From Nitrospina sp. (GTDB taxonomy: Bacteria; Nitrospinota; Nitrospinia; Nitrospinales; VA-1), in assembly GCA_018664975.1 (NCBI GenBank), contig JABIXH010000146.1, positions 1 through 37,939 of the forward strand: DNA of 37,939 nt. Reading direction: 5' to 3'. The first letter of the stretch is position 1. The number at the start of each line of letters is the position of its first letter. A program made the position numbers and the translations under genes. The notes below the pieces were generated by a model, which saw only the letters and a program-made list of their open reading frames with translations, did not search any database and was not told where the DNA came from. Positions 1-10,442 of the stretch are shown one piece after another.

Positions 1-245
1 AGAACCTGAACACTTATACAATTCTGACAACCGAAGCCAACGAAAAATTGACACCAATCCATGCACGAATGCCAGTCATTTTACGATCAGAACAATACGG
101 CATCTGGCTCGCCTCCGATTCCACTTTGGATACCGTACGAGGCCTTTTAACTCCCTTCCCTTCAAAAGAATTCGACTTTCACCCGGTCTCTAAAGAAGTC
201 AATTCACCCAAAAATAATCGTCCCGAATTTTTACAGAGCCTTTAA
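1..245 (+). CDS. SOS response-associated peptidase (SRAP/YedK family), 3' part only
   Basis: Frame open from base 3: NLNTYTILTTEANEKLTPIHARMPVIL...PVSKEVNSPKNN, matching the SRAP C-terminal motifs TILTT-AN, H(D)RMPVIL and VS--VN; truncated by the window edge. Confidence 0.88.
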   Translation, partial: NLNTYTILTTEANEKLTPIHARMPVILRSEQYGIWLASDSTLDTVRGLLTPFPSKEFDFHPVSKEVNSPKNNRPEFLQSL

Positions 246-850
246 TCTTTTTTCTTCAAAATACCCAACCATTCCTTATCTTTTCTTTGCTCTGCTGACA
301 GGGGTTCTTTTTCAAGCTTAAGGATTTCAAATTTTTCGGAAAAATGCGTTTCGATATCTTCACGAGTGGTATTGTAGGGAGGTCCCCCTTCCTTATCCGT
401 GTGATAAAACAGACCCACCAACATTCCTCCCGGCTTTAATATTCGCGAAACATTCAGAACATAATTCTGTCTTTGTCGAGGAGAGATGGCACAAAAAAAG
501 GTTTGTTCAATTGCCAGGTCATAAACACTAGTGTGAGTGCTATCCAAGCTGAAAAAATCCTGATACAAAATTTGGCCCTTCAGGTTTCGCTCTGTCAGAG
601 ATTTTTTTAAATGTGTGACAGCTCCCTTAGAAAAATCAACTCCCGTAACCTCAAATCCATTTTCGGCAAGAAATAGCACCTCATGTCCTCTTCCACACCC
701 TGGAACCAGAACTTTACCAAGGGGCAGGTTCCCTTCTACCCACAATCTTACAAAGGGTGGAGCCACCTGGCCCAGGTCCCAGCCCATATCATCTTCATCA
801 TAATGACGTTGCCAGTCTTCCTGTTTATACTCTTTGGTTTCTTCGTTCAT
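242..850 (-). CDS. TPMT-like class I SAM-dependent methyltransferase (thiopurine/thiol/halide methyltransferase family)
   Basis: Motifs WDLGQVAPP, VLVPGCGRGHE, GVDFS, DFF, EQTFFCAI, GGPPY. Confidence 0.85.
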   Translation of the reverse strand: MNEETKEYKQEDWQRHYDEDDMGWDLGQVAPPFVRLWVEGNLPLGKVLVPGCGRGHEVLFLAENGFEVTGVDFSKGAVTHLKKSLTERNLKGQILYQDFFSLDSTHTSVYDLAIEQTFFCAISPRQRQNYVLNVSRILKPGGMLVGLFYHTDKEGGPPYNTTREDIETHFSEKFEILKLEKEPLSAEQRKDKEWLGILKKKD

Positions 851-861
851 ATATACGCTGT

Positions 862-1797
862 CTATAATGAAAAATAGTCAACCAGGTTTTGAATAGCCGC
901 TCTGCCCATTGCCTCAACAGCTTCCCGCGCATTCCCTCCTATATGTGGAGTAACCCATAAATTGGGAAGCTTGAGAAATTCTATATCTGTTGGAGGTTCT
1001 TCCCAAAATACATCCAAAGCCGCGGCCGCTATTTGTTTTGAGATCAAGGCCTGGTGCAGGTCTCTCTGGTGAACTACCCGACCTCTACTGGTATTAATAA
1101 GAAACGCTGAAAGTTTCATTTTGGCAAGCACTGTTTTATTGACAAAGTTTTCCGTTTTATCGGTCAATGGCACATGAAGGGTAACGATATCTGCTTCCGT
1201 AACAATTTCATCAAAGATCGCCTCAACCACACCCCATTCGCGGCAAAACTCGCTTCGGTCTGCAATATCACGCACCATGATTCTGCATTGAAATGGCTGT
1301 AACAACCGGATCAGCTCCTGCCCTACATTGCCGCAACCTATGATCCCAACAGTTTTTCCGGTGAGTTCATGGCCTCCATCTCGCCGCCAATTTCCACTTT
1401 TTAATTCCTCTGATCCAGAAAATATATTATGGCAGAGGCCAATCATAAACCCCAGGGTCAGTTCAGCCACAGACCTTTTGTTGGTGCCAGGTGTGACCCT
1501 GAGTTCAATGCTGGCTTGTCTCAACGCAACTTGATCCAGATTGTCCAGCCCCACTCCATATTTTGAAATCATTTTCAATTTTGGCAGGGAACGAATCAGT
1601 TCCGCATTGATAAAATCTCTACCGATTAAAGCGGCATCTGCATCTGCCAGGAAATCGACCAACTCAGATCCGGAGAGGTATCTGTCTTTTTCATTAAATA
1701 CAGTATTAGGGAAGTGGCTGGAAAGTTCAGCTGTCAGAGATTGCGAATGGCAAAAGGCGGGGGGAGTAACCGCAATCCTGGGAGTCCTTTCATTCAT
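862..1797 (-). CDS. D-isomer-specific 2-hydroxyacid dehydrogenase (phosphoglycerate dehydrogenase-like, no ACT domain)
   Basis: GVGLDNLD, SVAEL, Rossmann GIIGCGNVG, LHVPL, INTSRG, ALDVFWEEP, TPHIGG. Confidence 0.88.
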   Translation of the reverse strand: MNERTPRIAVTPPAFCHSQSLTAELSSHFPNTVFNEKDRYLSGSELVDFLADADAALIGRDFINAELIRSLPKLKMISKYGVGLDNLDQVALRQASIELRVTPGTNKRSVAELTLGFMIGLCHNIFSGSEELKSGNWRRDGGHELTGKTVGIIGCGNVGQELIRLLQPFQCRIMVRDIADRSEFCREWGVVEAIFDEIVTEADIVTLHVPLTDKTENFVNKTVLAKMKLSAFLINTSRGRVVHQRDLHQALISKQIAAAALDVFWEEPPTDIEFLKLPNLWVTPHIGGNAREAVEAMGRAAIQNLVDYFSL

Positions 1798-1800
1798 TAT

Positions 1801-2991
1801 TTATCCAAAAAGCTGGCTTACAATAGAAGCGCCCGCAGTATAAGTTCCGATCATGGAACCAAAGCTGGAAAAAAAGAATATCAGCAATAGCCGGGCGACA
1901 CGGTTTTTCCACCACATCGAATAGATGGCGATATCTTCACGCAGGGTTTCAAAATCACTCACTTTGGGTTTACGCATATACGATTCCACCAGGCCCACAA
2001 CCATTCCGGCCCCAATAGTAGGATTCAACGATGTCAAGGGAGCGGCAAAAAATCCAGCCACGATTGAGACAGGGTGACCCAGGGCAATCAGTGTCCCCAG
2101 CGCGCAAAATCCTCCATTGAATAAAACCCAGGTAATGACCAACTGTTCTCCCAGTTCGGGAGACTGACGAAAACCGACCACAAACATCGCCAGAATGAAT
2201 GCGCAGATTCCCCAACCAATGAAATAGCCCAATCGGCTTGGAGGCGGTTTTTGATCCAGTTTTTCCATATGCTCTATAGATGGAGGGAATTCCATGGCTG
2301 GGAGCATGCCTATTAAATGTCCGGCACCCACTAATGCCAGTATTTTTTTAGGGGGCTCCGATGCCTGAGCAATTTGTGCCAATCGTCCCACCATATACTG
2401 ATCCCGTTCATCAATCAGGACTCTCTTGATCTCTGGCAACTCCTCACCAAACTCACCCACTACCGAATGCAATAAATCACCCCGCTTGAGGTCTTCAATC
2501 TGCTCTTCGCTGATCTCTTCTCCAACAAATACTCCAGCAATCAGGCCGCCGACAATTTTAAGTTTTTGCCAGAACGACACCTCAGTAACCAAACGATGCA
2601 GGGTGATCGAGATATCCCGATCAATAACTTCCAACTGGATATTATTTTCACGCGCCAGTTCAACACCTCGAATCATTTCTCGACCTGCCTCTACCCCAAT
2701 TCTTTCGGCCAAACGTTTTTGATAGGCAGACAAAGCAAGGTTGATTAGAAGGAGTCCGGCTTTCTTTTTGCGGAACACCTGATAAATATCCAGATTCTTC
2801 CACCAAGTCTGATTGGTGATGTTTTCCAGACGTGGTGAACATAATTCCACAGCGACACAATCGTAGTCACCGGTTTTAATATATTCTTCCACCATTTCCA
2901 CGCTCAACTGAGAGACATGGGCCGTTCCCATCAGCGTCACTTCCGTTTCGCCAAGGTGAACTGTTTTAACAATATCTTCTTGTTTTTCCAA
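1801..2991 (-). CDS. TraB/PrgY/GumN (TIKI/TraB) family protein with C-terminal membrane segment
   Basis: GTAHVS, VAVELC--R, G-EM, IDRDISITL, LIDERD-YM, VGAGH; hydrophobic C-terminus with APLTSLNP; TTG start. Confidence 0.88.
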   Translation of the reverse strand: MEKQEDIVKTVHLGETEVTLMGTAHVSQLSVEMVEEYIKTGDYDCVAVELCSPRLENITNQTWWKNLDIYQVFRKKKAGLLLINLALSAYQKRLAERIGVEAGREMIRGVELARENNIQLEVIDRDISITLHRLVTEVSFWQKLKIVGGLIAGVFVGEEISEEQIEDLKRGDLLHSVVGEFGEELPEIKRVLIDERDQYMVGRLAQIAQASEPPKKILALVGAGHLIGMLPAMEFPPSIEHMEKLDQKPPPSRLGYFIGWGICAFILAMFVVGFRQSPELGEQLVITWVLFNGGFCALGTLIALGHPVSIVAGFFAAPLTSLNPTIGAGMVVGLVESYMRKPKVSDFETLREDIAIYSMWWKNRVARLLLIFFFSSFGSMIGTYTAGASIVSQLFG

Positions 2992-3157
2992 AATTCCCTT
3001 TCCTGAACCGTATCACCAGGTCAGAATATTCATAGCATAATCGCCCAATCCTAAACGAGCGGCGTAAAATAAATTGAGTTAAAATAAGGAAGACTGCATC
3101 AGTCGACAGGATCACCCCATGAGTCTCATAATTTAACATAAACCCTTTTGCATTGAA

Positions 3158-5155
3158 ATGGTCATGCAACCTTTTAAACTTCATGCCAAATATAAGCCTG
3201 CGGGGGACCAACCCAAGGCCATAGAAAAACTTGTGAATGGCATGACTACCAGCCCAAACTCTCAGACCTTGCTCGGAGTTACAGGGTCCGGGAAAACCTT
3301 TACCGTTGCCAATGTTATAGAACAGGTGCAAAAACCAACCCTGGTACTCGCCCATAATAAAACCCTTGCGGCTCAACTATACAGTGAGTTTAAAACATAT
3401 TTCCCGGATAACGCAGTGGGGTATTTTGTCAGCTATTACGATTATTACCAGCCCGAAGCCTATCTGGCCCAAACCGATACTTTTATTGAAAAAGACGCCT
3501 CCATCAATGATGAGATCGATAAAATGCGCCATTCGGCCACCCATGCCCTGTTTGAACGTCGCGATGTCATTATTGTCGCCAGCGTTTCCTGCATTTATGG
3601 TTTGGGCTCTCCAGAAGCTTACCACGGCATGCTTCTGTTTCTGGAAAGAGGCAAGACTCTGGAAAGAGATCAAGCTTTACAGAAACTCATCGAAATTCAA
3701 TACAAAAGAAACGATGTGGATTTCCAACGCGGCACCTTTCGTGTAAGAGGTGATGTATTGGAAATCCTTCCTGTTTATGAAAGAAATGAAGCCATTCGAG
3801 TTGAATTCTTCGGCGATCAAATAGATAGGATCACCTCCTTCGATCCCCTCACCCGCCAACCCATCCGGGAACTGGATCGCATCGCTATTTATCCTGCCAG
3901 CCATTATGTAACTCCGAAAGAGCTTCTGGAAAAGGCCATGGGAAATATAAGGAAAGAGCTGATTGAACGGGTTGCCTATTTTGAAAGCCAGAACCTCCTC
4001 ATAGAAGCACAAAGAATTGACCAGAGAACCCTGTTTGATCTGGAAATGATCAAGGAAGTCGGTTACTGCCAGGGTATTGAAAACTATTCACGTTATCTCA
4101 TGGATCGACCTCCAGGTGAGCCACCTCCAACTCTGTTGGATTATTTCCCTAACGATTCGCTATTCGTCATTGATGAGAGTCACGTTAGCCTGCCGCAATT
4201 ACAAGGCATGTACAAGGGAGACCGGTCTCGCAAAGAAAACCTGGTCCGATACGGGTTTCGCCTCCCTTCAGCCTTTGACAATCGTCCACTTAGGTTTGAA
4301 GAATTTGACCAACATGTAAACAATGTAATTTACGTTTCTGCCACACCCGGTTCTTATGAACTGGAACAATCGGAAAACGGGGTGGTGGAACAGATTGCGA
4401 GGCCAACGGGTTTGGTAGATCCTGAGGTTGAGATTAAACCTGTGGCAAGCCAGGTAGACGATTTATATAATCAAATCCGTTCTCGAGCAGAAAATAATCA
4501 GCGTAGTTTGGTTACAACACTGACTAAAAGATTTTCTGAAGATCTGACGGAGCATTATTCTGAACTGGGACTGAAGGTCAAATATTTGCATTCAGACATC
4601 GTGACCCTGGAGCGAACCCAGATCATACGCGAACTACGTCTGGGAGAGTTTGATGCTTTAATAGGGATCAATTTGTTGCGTGAGGGACTTGATATCCCCG
4701 AAGTTTCTTTCGTCGCTATCCTCGATGCAGACAAAGAAGGTTTTCTGAGATCCACCACCTCCCTGATTCAAACCTCTGGAAGGGCCGCGAGAAATATTTC
4801 CGGTAAAGTTATATTTTATGCAGATACCGTAACCAAATCAATGAAGGCCGCCATTGATGAAATGTCCCGCAGAAGGGAAATCCAGCTTGCTTATAACAGG
4901 GAAAATCAAATAACCGTCAGTTCAATTGAAAAAGCCATAGGTGATTCCATGGAATATTCGAAAAATCAAGAACCAACTTTTGAAGTCATGGAAGAAGAGG
5001 CGGAATATGAATCTGGCAAGTCGATTCTGCAATTGATCGCAGAATTGGAAAAGCAGATGCTCTCAGTTGCAAAAGATCTGGAATTTGAAAAAGCCGCCGA
5101 ACTCCGAGACCGAATCAAACGCCTGCGGGAAAAAGACCTGGAAATAATTCCATGA
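3158..5155 (+). CDS. uvrB: Excinuclease ABC subunit B
   Basis: PAGDQP, Walker [34 protein letters not shown]-terminal UVR domain [11 protein letters not shown]. Confidence 0.98.
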   Translation: MVMQPFKLHAKYKPAGDQPKAIEKLVNGMTTSPNSQTLLGVTGSGKTFTVANVIEQVQKPTLVLAHNKTLAAQLYSEFKTYFPDNAVGYFVSYYDYYQPEAYLAQTDTFIEKDASINDEIDKMRHSATHALFERRDVIIVASVSCIYGLGSPEAYHGMLLFLERGKTLERDQALQKLIEIQYKRNDVDFQRGTFRVRGDVLEILPVYERNEAIRVEFFGDQIDRITSFDPLTRQPIRELDRIAIYPASHYVTPKELLEKAMGNIRKELIERVAYFESQNLLIEAQRIDQRTLFDLEMIKEVGYCQGIENYSRYLMDRPPGEPPPTLLDYFPNDSLFVIDESHVSLPQLQGMYKGDRSRKENLVRYGFRLPSAFDNRPLRFEEFDQHVNNVIYVSATPGSYELEQSENGVVEQIARPTGLVDPEVEIKPVASQVDDLYNQIRSRAENNQRSLVTTLTKRFSEDLTEHYSELGLKVKYLHSDIVTLERTQIIRELRLGEFDALIGINLLREGLDIPEVSFVAILDADKEGFLRSTTSLIQTSGRAARNISGKVIFYADTVTKSMKAAIDEMSRRREIQLAYNRENQITVSSIEKAIGDSMEYSKNQEPTFEVMEEEAEYESGKSILQLIAELEKQMLSVAKDLEFEKAAELRDRIKRLREKDLEIIP

Positions 5156-5159
5156 AATA

Positions 5160-5810
5160 TTATCGCGAATTATCTCTGCGCTCTTTTGACCTTTGGGTAA
5201 TGAAACCGGAGATAGCCTGTTCAGACTCAGGAAAAATGCCCTTCCATTTAACTCCCGTCACAAAAGGAGTGGATTCACTTTTAGGGTTTTTCCTCAAATT
5301 TTGCACTGCCGCCGGTTGCAGTTTAATGGAACCCCCGCTAGGGAGTTCGGCAGATACATGTAAAATTTTTTGCTTCGAGACCTGCTTGGCGTGACTGATC
5401 AAGGCTCCACCAGAGCTGATATCACGAAGAATTCCGGCATCTTCAAATTTTGATTCACCTTCTTCACTATAAAAGGTCACCGGAACGTTGGTTCTAAACC
5501 GCTCAAATTTGCGCAAATTATGCAGATCAAACGTACGAGGATATTCTATAACCAAAAGCGAAATTGCCTGGGCCAGGGCAGAACTTACCGAAGATTTAAA
5601 GTTGGCAAACAAACCATCTTTGATGAAATGGACCTGGATTCCGGTTTGAGGAGCAACCCGGTAGGCTTCACCTCCCACCTTTGGCAAATCAGTGATCACA
5701 TATTGCCCATTCTTCCACCCTCTGACATTAACGGTAAAAACCTCCCCTCGAATGGTAGCGGTCACTTTTTGCCCCATAACAAATGGGATTTCACTTGCTT
5801 GAATAGCCAT
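5160..5810 (-). CDS. PilZ-domain c-di-GMP-binding protein (YcgR/flagellar-brake-like two-domain architecture)
   Basis: RxxxR (RKFER) and DxSxxG (DISSGG) PilZ motifs after a ~95-aa N-terminal beta domain. Confidence 0.85.
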   Translation of the reverse strand: MAIQASEIPFVMGQKVTATIRGEVFTVNVRGWKNGQYVITDLPKVGGEAYRVAPQTGIQVHFIKDGLFANFKSSVSSALAQAISLLVIEYPRTFDLHNLRKFERFRTNVPVTFYSEEGESKFEDAGILRDISSGGALISHAKQVSKQKILHVSAELPSGGSIKLQPAAVQNLRKNPKSESTPFVTGVKWKGIFPESEQAISGFITQRSKERRDNSR

Positions 5811-5957
5811 TGAATCCTATCGCATCACAAAATTCGGAAATCTGATAACTCATACTTTATTTTATTGGCAAAGAATTAAACTACTTAACCTTAAGAGAAT
5901 ATTCAAGGAAAAAGCACGTTCCAAAATTATCGAATGTCTGTTACGGCCTCTCAATGA

Positions 5958-7820
5958 CTATAGAGTTTGCGCAGAAGGCGCGGGTGGGGGATAAAGCTTA
6001 AAATATTTCTTGAAAATTTTCCCAGCTATGGGGCCAGCCATCGCCCCACCATGACCTCCATGTTCTACGATAATGGCCACGGCGATTTCAGGTTTTTCGT
6101 AGGGGGCAAAAGCCACGAACCATGCGTGATCCCGGTACTTGACAGGTATAACCTCATCTTTCTCCAATTCCTCATTGGATTTCATTCGGACAACCTGGGC
6201 GGTTCCGGTTTTTCCCGAAACAATTATATTTTTTAAGCGGGATTTTTTACCTGTTCCCTTTGCACCGTTCACCACATCGCGCAAGGCCTCTCGAACCTGT
6301 TCCAAATGATCAGGATTTACCCCAATTTGACCCGTAATTTCCGGGTGAAATTCCTTCTGAGTCTGCCTTTCAGGGTCCTCAATACGCTTGACCAGATAAG
6401 GTTTAAGCAAAATGCCACCATTAGCCACAGCGGCCATCATAATTGCCTGCTGTATAGGGGTCACCAAGTTATAACCTTGACCAATTGATGCAGAAATGGT
6501 TTCACCTAACTGCCAGGGTTCTTTTTTGTTTAGCAACTTCCACTGGGTGGTAGGAACTAATCCATTTTTCTCGCGGCTCAAACCCAGGCGGGTTGGACTC
6601 CCCAGCCCAAAACGTTTTGCATATTTCGCGATGGTATTAATACCCAACCGATGTCCAATCGTATAAAAATAAACATCGCAGGACTGCACGAGCGCATCGT
6701 GCAAATTCACCGCACCATGCCCTGATTTTTTCCAGCACCTGTACCGCCCTCTTCCCAACTTAAAATATCCGGGGCAATAGATAGATGTATCCGGTTTAAT
6801 CACTCCTTCTTCAAGGCCTGCAAGTGCTGTAATAATTTTATAGGTAGAACCAGGAGGGTATTGACCATGAATAGACCTGTTCTGCAAAGGGTGCCACTCA
6901 TCCGTCACCAAATCATTCCAACTTTTGGGAGAGATTCCTGCGGCAAACTTATTGGGGTCAAATGAGGGTTTGCTGACTATTGCAATAATTTCTCCTGTCT
7001 GCACTTTCATGACCACTGCCGAACCATTCATATTCTGTTCCGCAGTTGCGGTCATTATTTTTTCCAACTCCTCTTGTATCCTTACGTCCAGAGTAAGGAT
7101 GAGATTGTTTCCGCTTTCTGGAGGTAGTTTTCGTAATGTTTTAAGTTCCCGGCCGGAAACATCCACCTCAACCTCTTTATATCCTTTCTCGCCACGCAAA
7201 AGAGATTCATATATATTTTCCAGACCATTTTTACCAACAAAGTCCCCTTGCTTATAAGTTGGGTCTTTAACGTTTTCCAACCTTGCTTTAGATATCTCCC
7301 CCAAGTAACCCAGTGTGTGCGAAGCTAAATCATTGAACACATAATTTCTTAATGGCTCAGCCTTGATATGAATTCCGGCAAGGCTCATATTATTCTCTTC
7401 TACAAAAGCCACCTCTTCTCGAGTGATATCCCCTTTTATTAAAACTTCATTGAAAGATTTGGTCCGAGCCATTTCCTTCTTCAACTTTTTTCGATTAATG
7501 GGAATTCTTTGAGAAAGTTTATCCAAGGAAGATTCCAGATCCTGAGTATCTTCTGGAGTTAAATACAAATTGAAAGCAGGCCGAATGCTGACTAGAGTCT
7601 CACCATTACGGTCTTTGATCATCCCCCGGTTCGCAGGCAGGGTCACCATTCGAACCCGGTTATTTTCTGATAGTCCTGTCAGGTATTGCCATTTTAAAAT
7701 CTGCAAATACCAGATCCGCATCCATAGGCAAAGGAAAGAAACCACAGTGAGGATGGCGAAGATACGTATCTTCTTTTTTATTGCATCATTGGTTTCCGTT
7801 CCATGGCGAAACAAGATCAA
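5958..7820 (-). CDS. mrdA: Penicillin-binding protein 2
   Basis: N-terminal TM, RG-IKDRNG, SxxK (STYK), SxD (SCD), KTGTAQ; follows mreD. Confidence 0.96.
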   Translation of the reverse strand: MILFRHGTETNDAIKKKIRIFAILTVVSFLCLWMRIWYLQILKWQYLTGLSENNRVRMVTLPANRGMIKDRNGETLVSIRPAFNLYLTPEDTQDLESSLDKLSQRIPINRKKLKKEMARTKSFNEVLIKGDITREEVAFVEENNMSLAGIHIKAEPLRNYVFNDLASHTLGYLGEISKARLENVKDPTYKQGDFVGKNGLENIYESLLRGEKGYKEVEVDVSGRELKTLRKLPPESGNNLILTLDVRIQEELEKIMTATAEQNMNGSAVVMKVQTGEIIAIVSKPSFDPNKFAAGISPKSWNDLVTDEWHPLQNRSIHGQYPPGSTYKIITALAGLEEGVIKPDTSIYCPGYFKLGRGRYRCWKKSGHGAVNLHDALVQSCDVYFYTIGHRLGINTIAKYAKRFGLGSPTRLGLSREKNGLVPTTQWKLLNKKEPWQLGETISASIGQGYNLVTPIQQAIMMAAVANGGILLKPYLVKRIEDPERQTQKEFHPEITGQIGVNPDHLEQVREALRDVVNGAKGTGKKSRLKNIIVSGKTGTAQVVRMKSNEELEKDEVIPVKYRDHAWFVAFAPYEKPEIAVAIIVEHGGHGGAMAGPIAGKIFKKYFKLYPPPAPSAQTL

Positions 7821-8335
7821 TTTGTTGTCCTCATATGCAAGCCAGTTTTTTTCGATTGCAACCAGCTATCAATTTTATCCAACACCATAAACACTAATGG
7901 GCCTATCAAACCATTATAAATACTGTAAACGGGTAATGACTGGTACAAAAAGCTCGAGGCAATCTCCCCTTTCAGGATAGTTCCCATAGAGAAATAAAAC
8001 ACAAGTCCATCAAAAACCGAGGAAAGGATAAGGAATATCCCTACCGGAATCATGCCTTCAACAAAAAATTTATCTTTGAGTGTAGAAAAAAAATAACCAA
8101 TCAGTCCTTTTGAGAGCGTGTTCACCCCCAACAATCCTCCAGAAAGACTATCCTGGATAAGCCCCATAGTAATTCCGGCTCCGATTCCTGCTGTTCGAGA
8201 ATGTCGAACCGCACAATATACCACCCAAATCAAGACTAAGTCCGGGATAACACCGCCAAAGGAAAACAGTTCCAGCCAAGTAGTTTGGGCTGAAAACAAA
8301 AAAACTATGATGAGTGCCTGAGCATAAAAATACAT
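7817..8335 (-). CDS. mreD: Rod shape-determining protein MreD
   Basis: Hydrophobic 172 aa with IPDL and GLIQD motifs, between mreC and mrdA. Confidence 0.9.
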   Translation of the reverse strand: MYFYAQALIIVFLFSAQTTWLELFSFGGVIPDLVLIWVVYCAVRHSRTAGIGAGITMGLIQDSLSGGLLGVNTLSKGLIGYFFSTLKDKFFVEGMIPVGIFLILSSVFDGLVFYFSMGTILKGEIASSFLYQSLPVYSIYNGLIGPLVFMVLDKIDSWLQSKKTGLHMRTTN

Positions 8336-8343
8336 AAATAAAC

Positions 8344-9159
8344 CTACGAAAGAAGAACAAGAACCTCTTCCAGGCGCGATAAGTCTGAACTAGGGACCAA
8401 TGTAATATCCTGAAACAGGCCCTGTTTTTTCTTGATAACCTGTGAGACCTTTCCGATGATCAAACCTTTTGGGAAAATGCCCCCCAACCCCGAAGAAAGC
8501 ACTTTATCCCCTACCTTGACATCAGCAGTGTTAGGAACAAATTTCAAATGACACTCATCATCACCCCCACCGACAACCACTCCGGAAATACGGCTTTCCT
8601 GAAATAGGGCATCCACTGCACTACGCCCATCAATAATCAAAAGCACTTTAGAAGTATTGAGGCCTGCGTGAATTATCTGACCAATCACTCCAGCATCGGT
8701 AACCACGGCAAGGTGATCGCGTATTCCGTGCTGCGTCCCCTTGTTAATTATTATAACCTTTGACCATTGCGTAGCACCCTTACCGATAACGGAAGCCACC
8801 ACAGCCTTCTTCTCCCAATCGTCCTCATAAGCCATGAGTTTTGCGAGGCGTTTTTGGCTGGCGATACGTTCAATGAGCTTATTCTTTTCATTGATCAACC
8901 GTTGTACTTCCAGGTTTAGTTGATCATTTTCTCTTGCCACATCAACAAGAAAAAAATAATGATTTATGCCGTCTGAAATAGATTGGAGGGTTTGGGTGAA
9001 AAAATTCTGGAAAGGGGAAAGAATGACTCCTGCCACGGAGTCCAGAAAATGGGTGCCTTTTTCCTGTTTGGCGCTGAGCGTCATCAATGCCAAAGAAAAC
9101 AGCAGAATGGCGAATACTAAAATTAATTTATGTTTATTTTTAATTCCCTTATTGGGCAC
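8344..9159 (-). CDS. mreC: Rod shape-determining protein MreC
   Basis: TM + coiled coil, INKG--G, GVIG, GD-VLSSGLGGIFPKG; GTG start. Confidence 0.95.
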   Translation of the reverse strand: MPNKGIKNKHKLILVFAILLFSLALMTLSAKQEKGTHFLDSVAGVILSPFQNFFTQTLQSISDGINHYFFLVDVARENDQLNLEVQRLINEKNKLIERIASQKRLAKLMAYEDDWEKKAVVASVIGKGATQWSKVIIINKGTQHGIRDHLAVVTDAGVIGQIIHAGLNTSKVLLIIDGRSAVDALFQESRISGVVVGGGDDECHLKFVPNTADVKVGDKVLSSGLGGIFPKGLIIGKVSQVIKKKQGLFQDITLVPSSDLSRLEEVLVLLS

Positions 9160-9161
9160 CG

Positions 9162-10193
<1,032 letters not shown>

Positions 10194-10242
10194 CTATATA
10201 TTTTCAAAAATTTACGTAACTACTTGTTTTTTCTCAACTTTC

Positions 10243-10271
10243 TTTATAGCAAGGGGGAGTTAAAAATGCAA
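10243..10271 (-). promoter_or_regulatory. Putative sigma70 promoter of mreBCD-mrdA
   Basis: Minus strand TTGCAT-17 nt-TATAAA with extended -10 TG (TGcTATAAA). Confidence 0.55.
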
Positions 10272-10375
10272 GATAAATCCCGACAAGCCACCCCCACTCC
10301 TACTCTGGCATGCCCTATGCCATCAAGAAAACAAAGTGTACTTGGTGGTCTCCCTAACCACTCATTATTAAGGAC

Positions 10376-10404
10376 TTGCGATTACCTTTCGCGTTTTATA
10401 GTAT
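10376..10404 (+). promoter_or_regulatory. Putative sigma70 promoter of the PpiD/SurA gene
   Basis: TTGCGA-17 nt-TAGTAT; favours the ATG at 10443 over the GTG at 10407. Confidence 0.4.
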
Positions 10405-10442
10405 AGGTGCCTTCATTTAACCGGAAACCGAGAGAAACATTT

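Noticed and set aside
1801-2991. TraB as evidence of a conjugative element
   Set aside because: This TraB/PrgY family is a common chromosomal protein; no other transfer genes are present
3119-3129. ATGAGTCTCAT dyad upstream of uvrB as an SOS box
   Set aside because: Short and matches no LexA consensus I know
10407-10442. GTG start for the PpiD-like gene
   Set aside because: It lies 2 nt from the predicted -10 box; ML--IR at 10443 is the family-typical start
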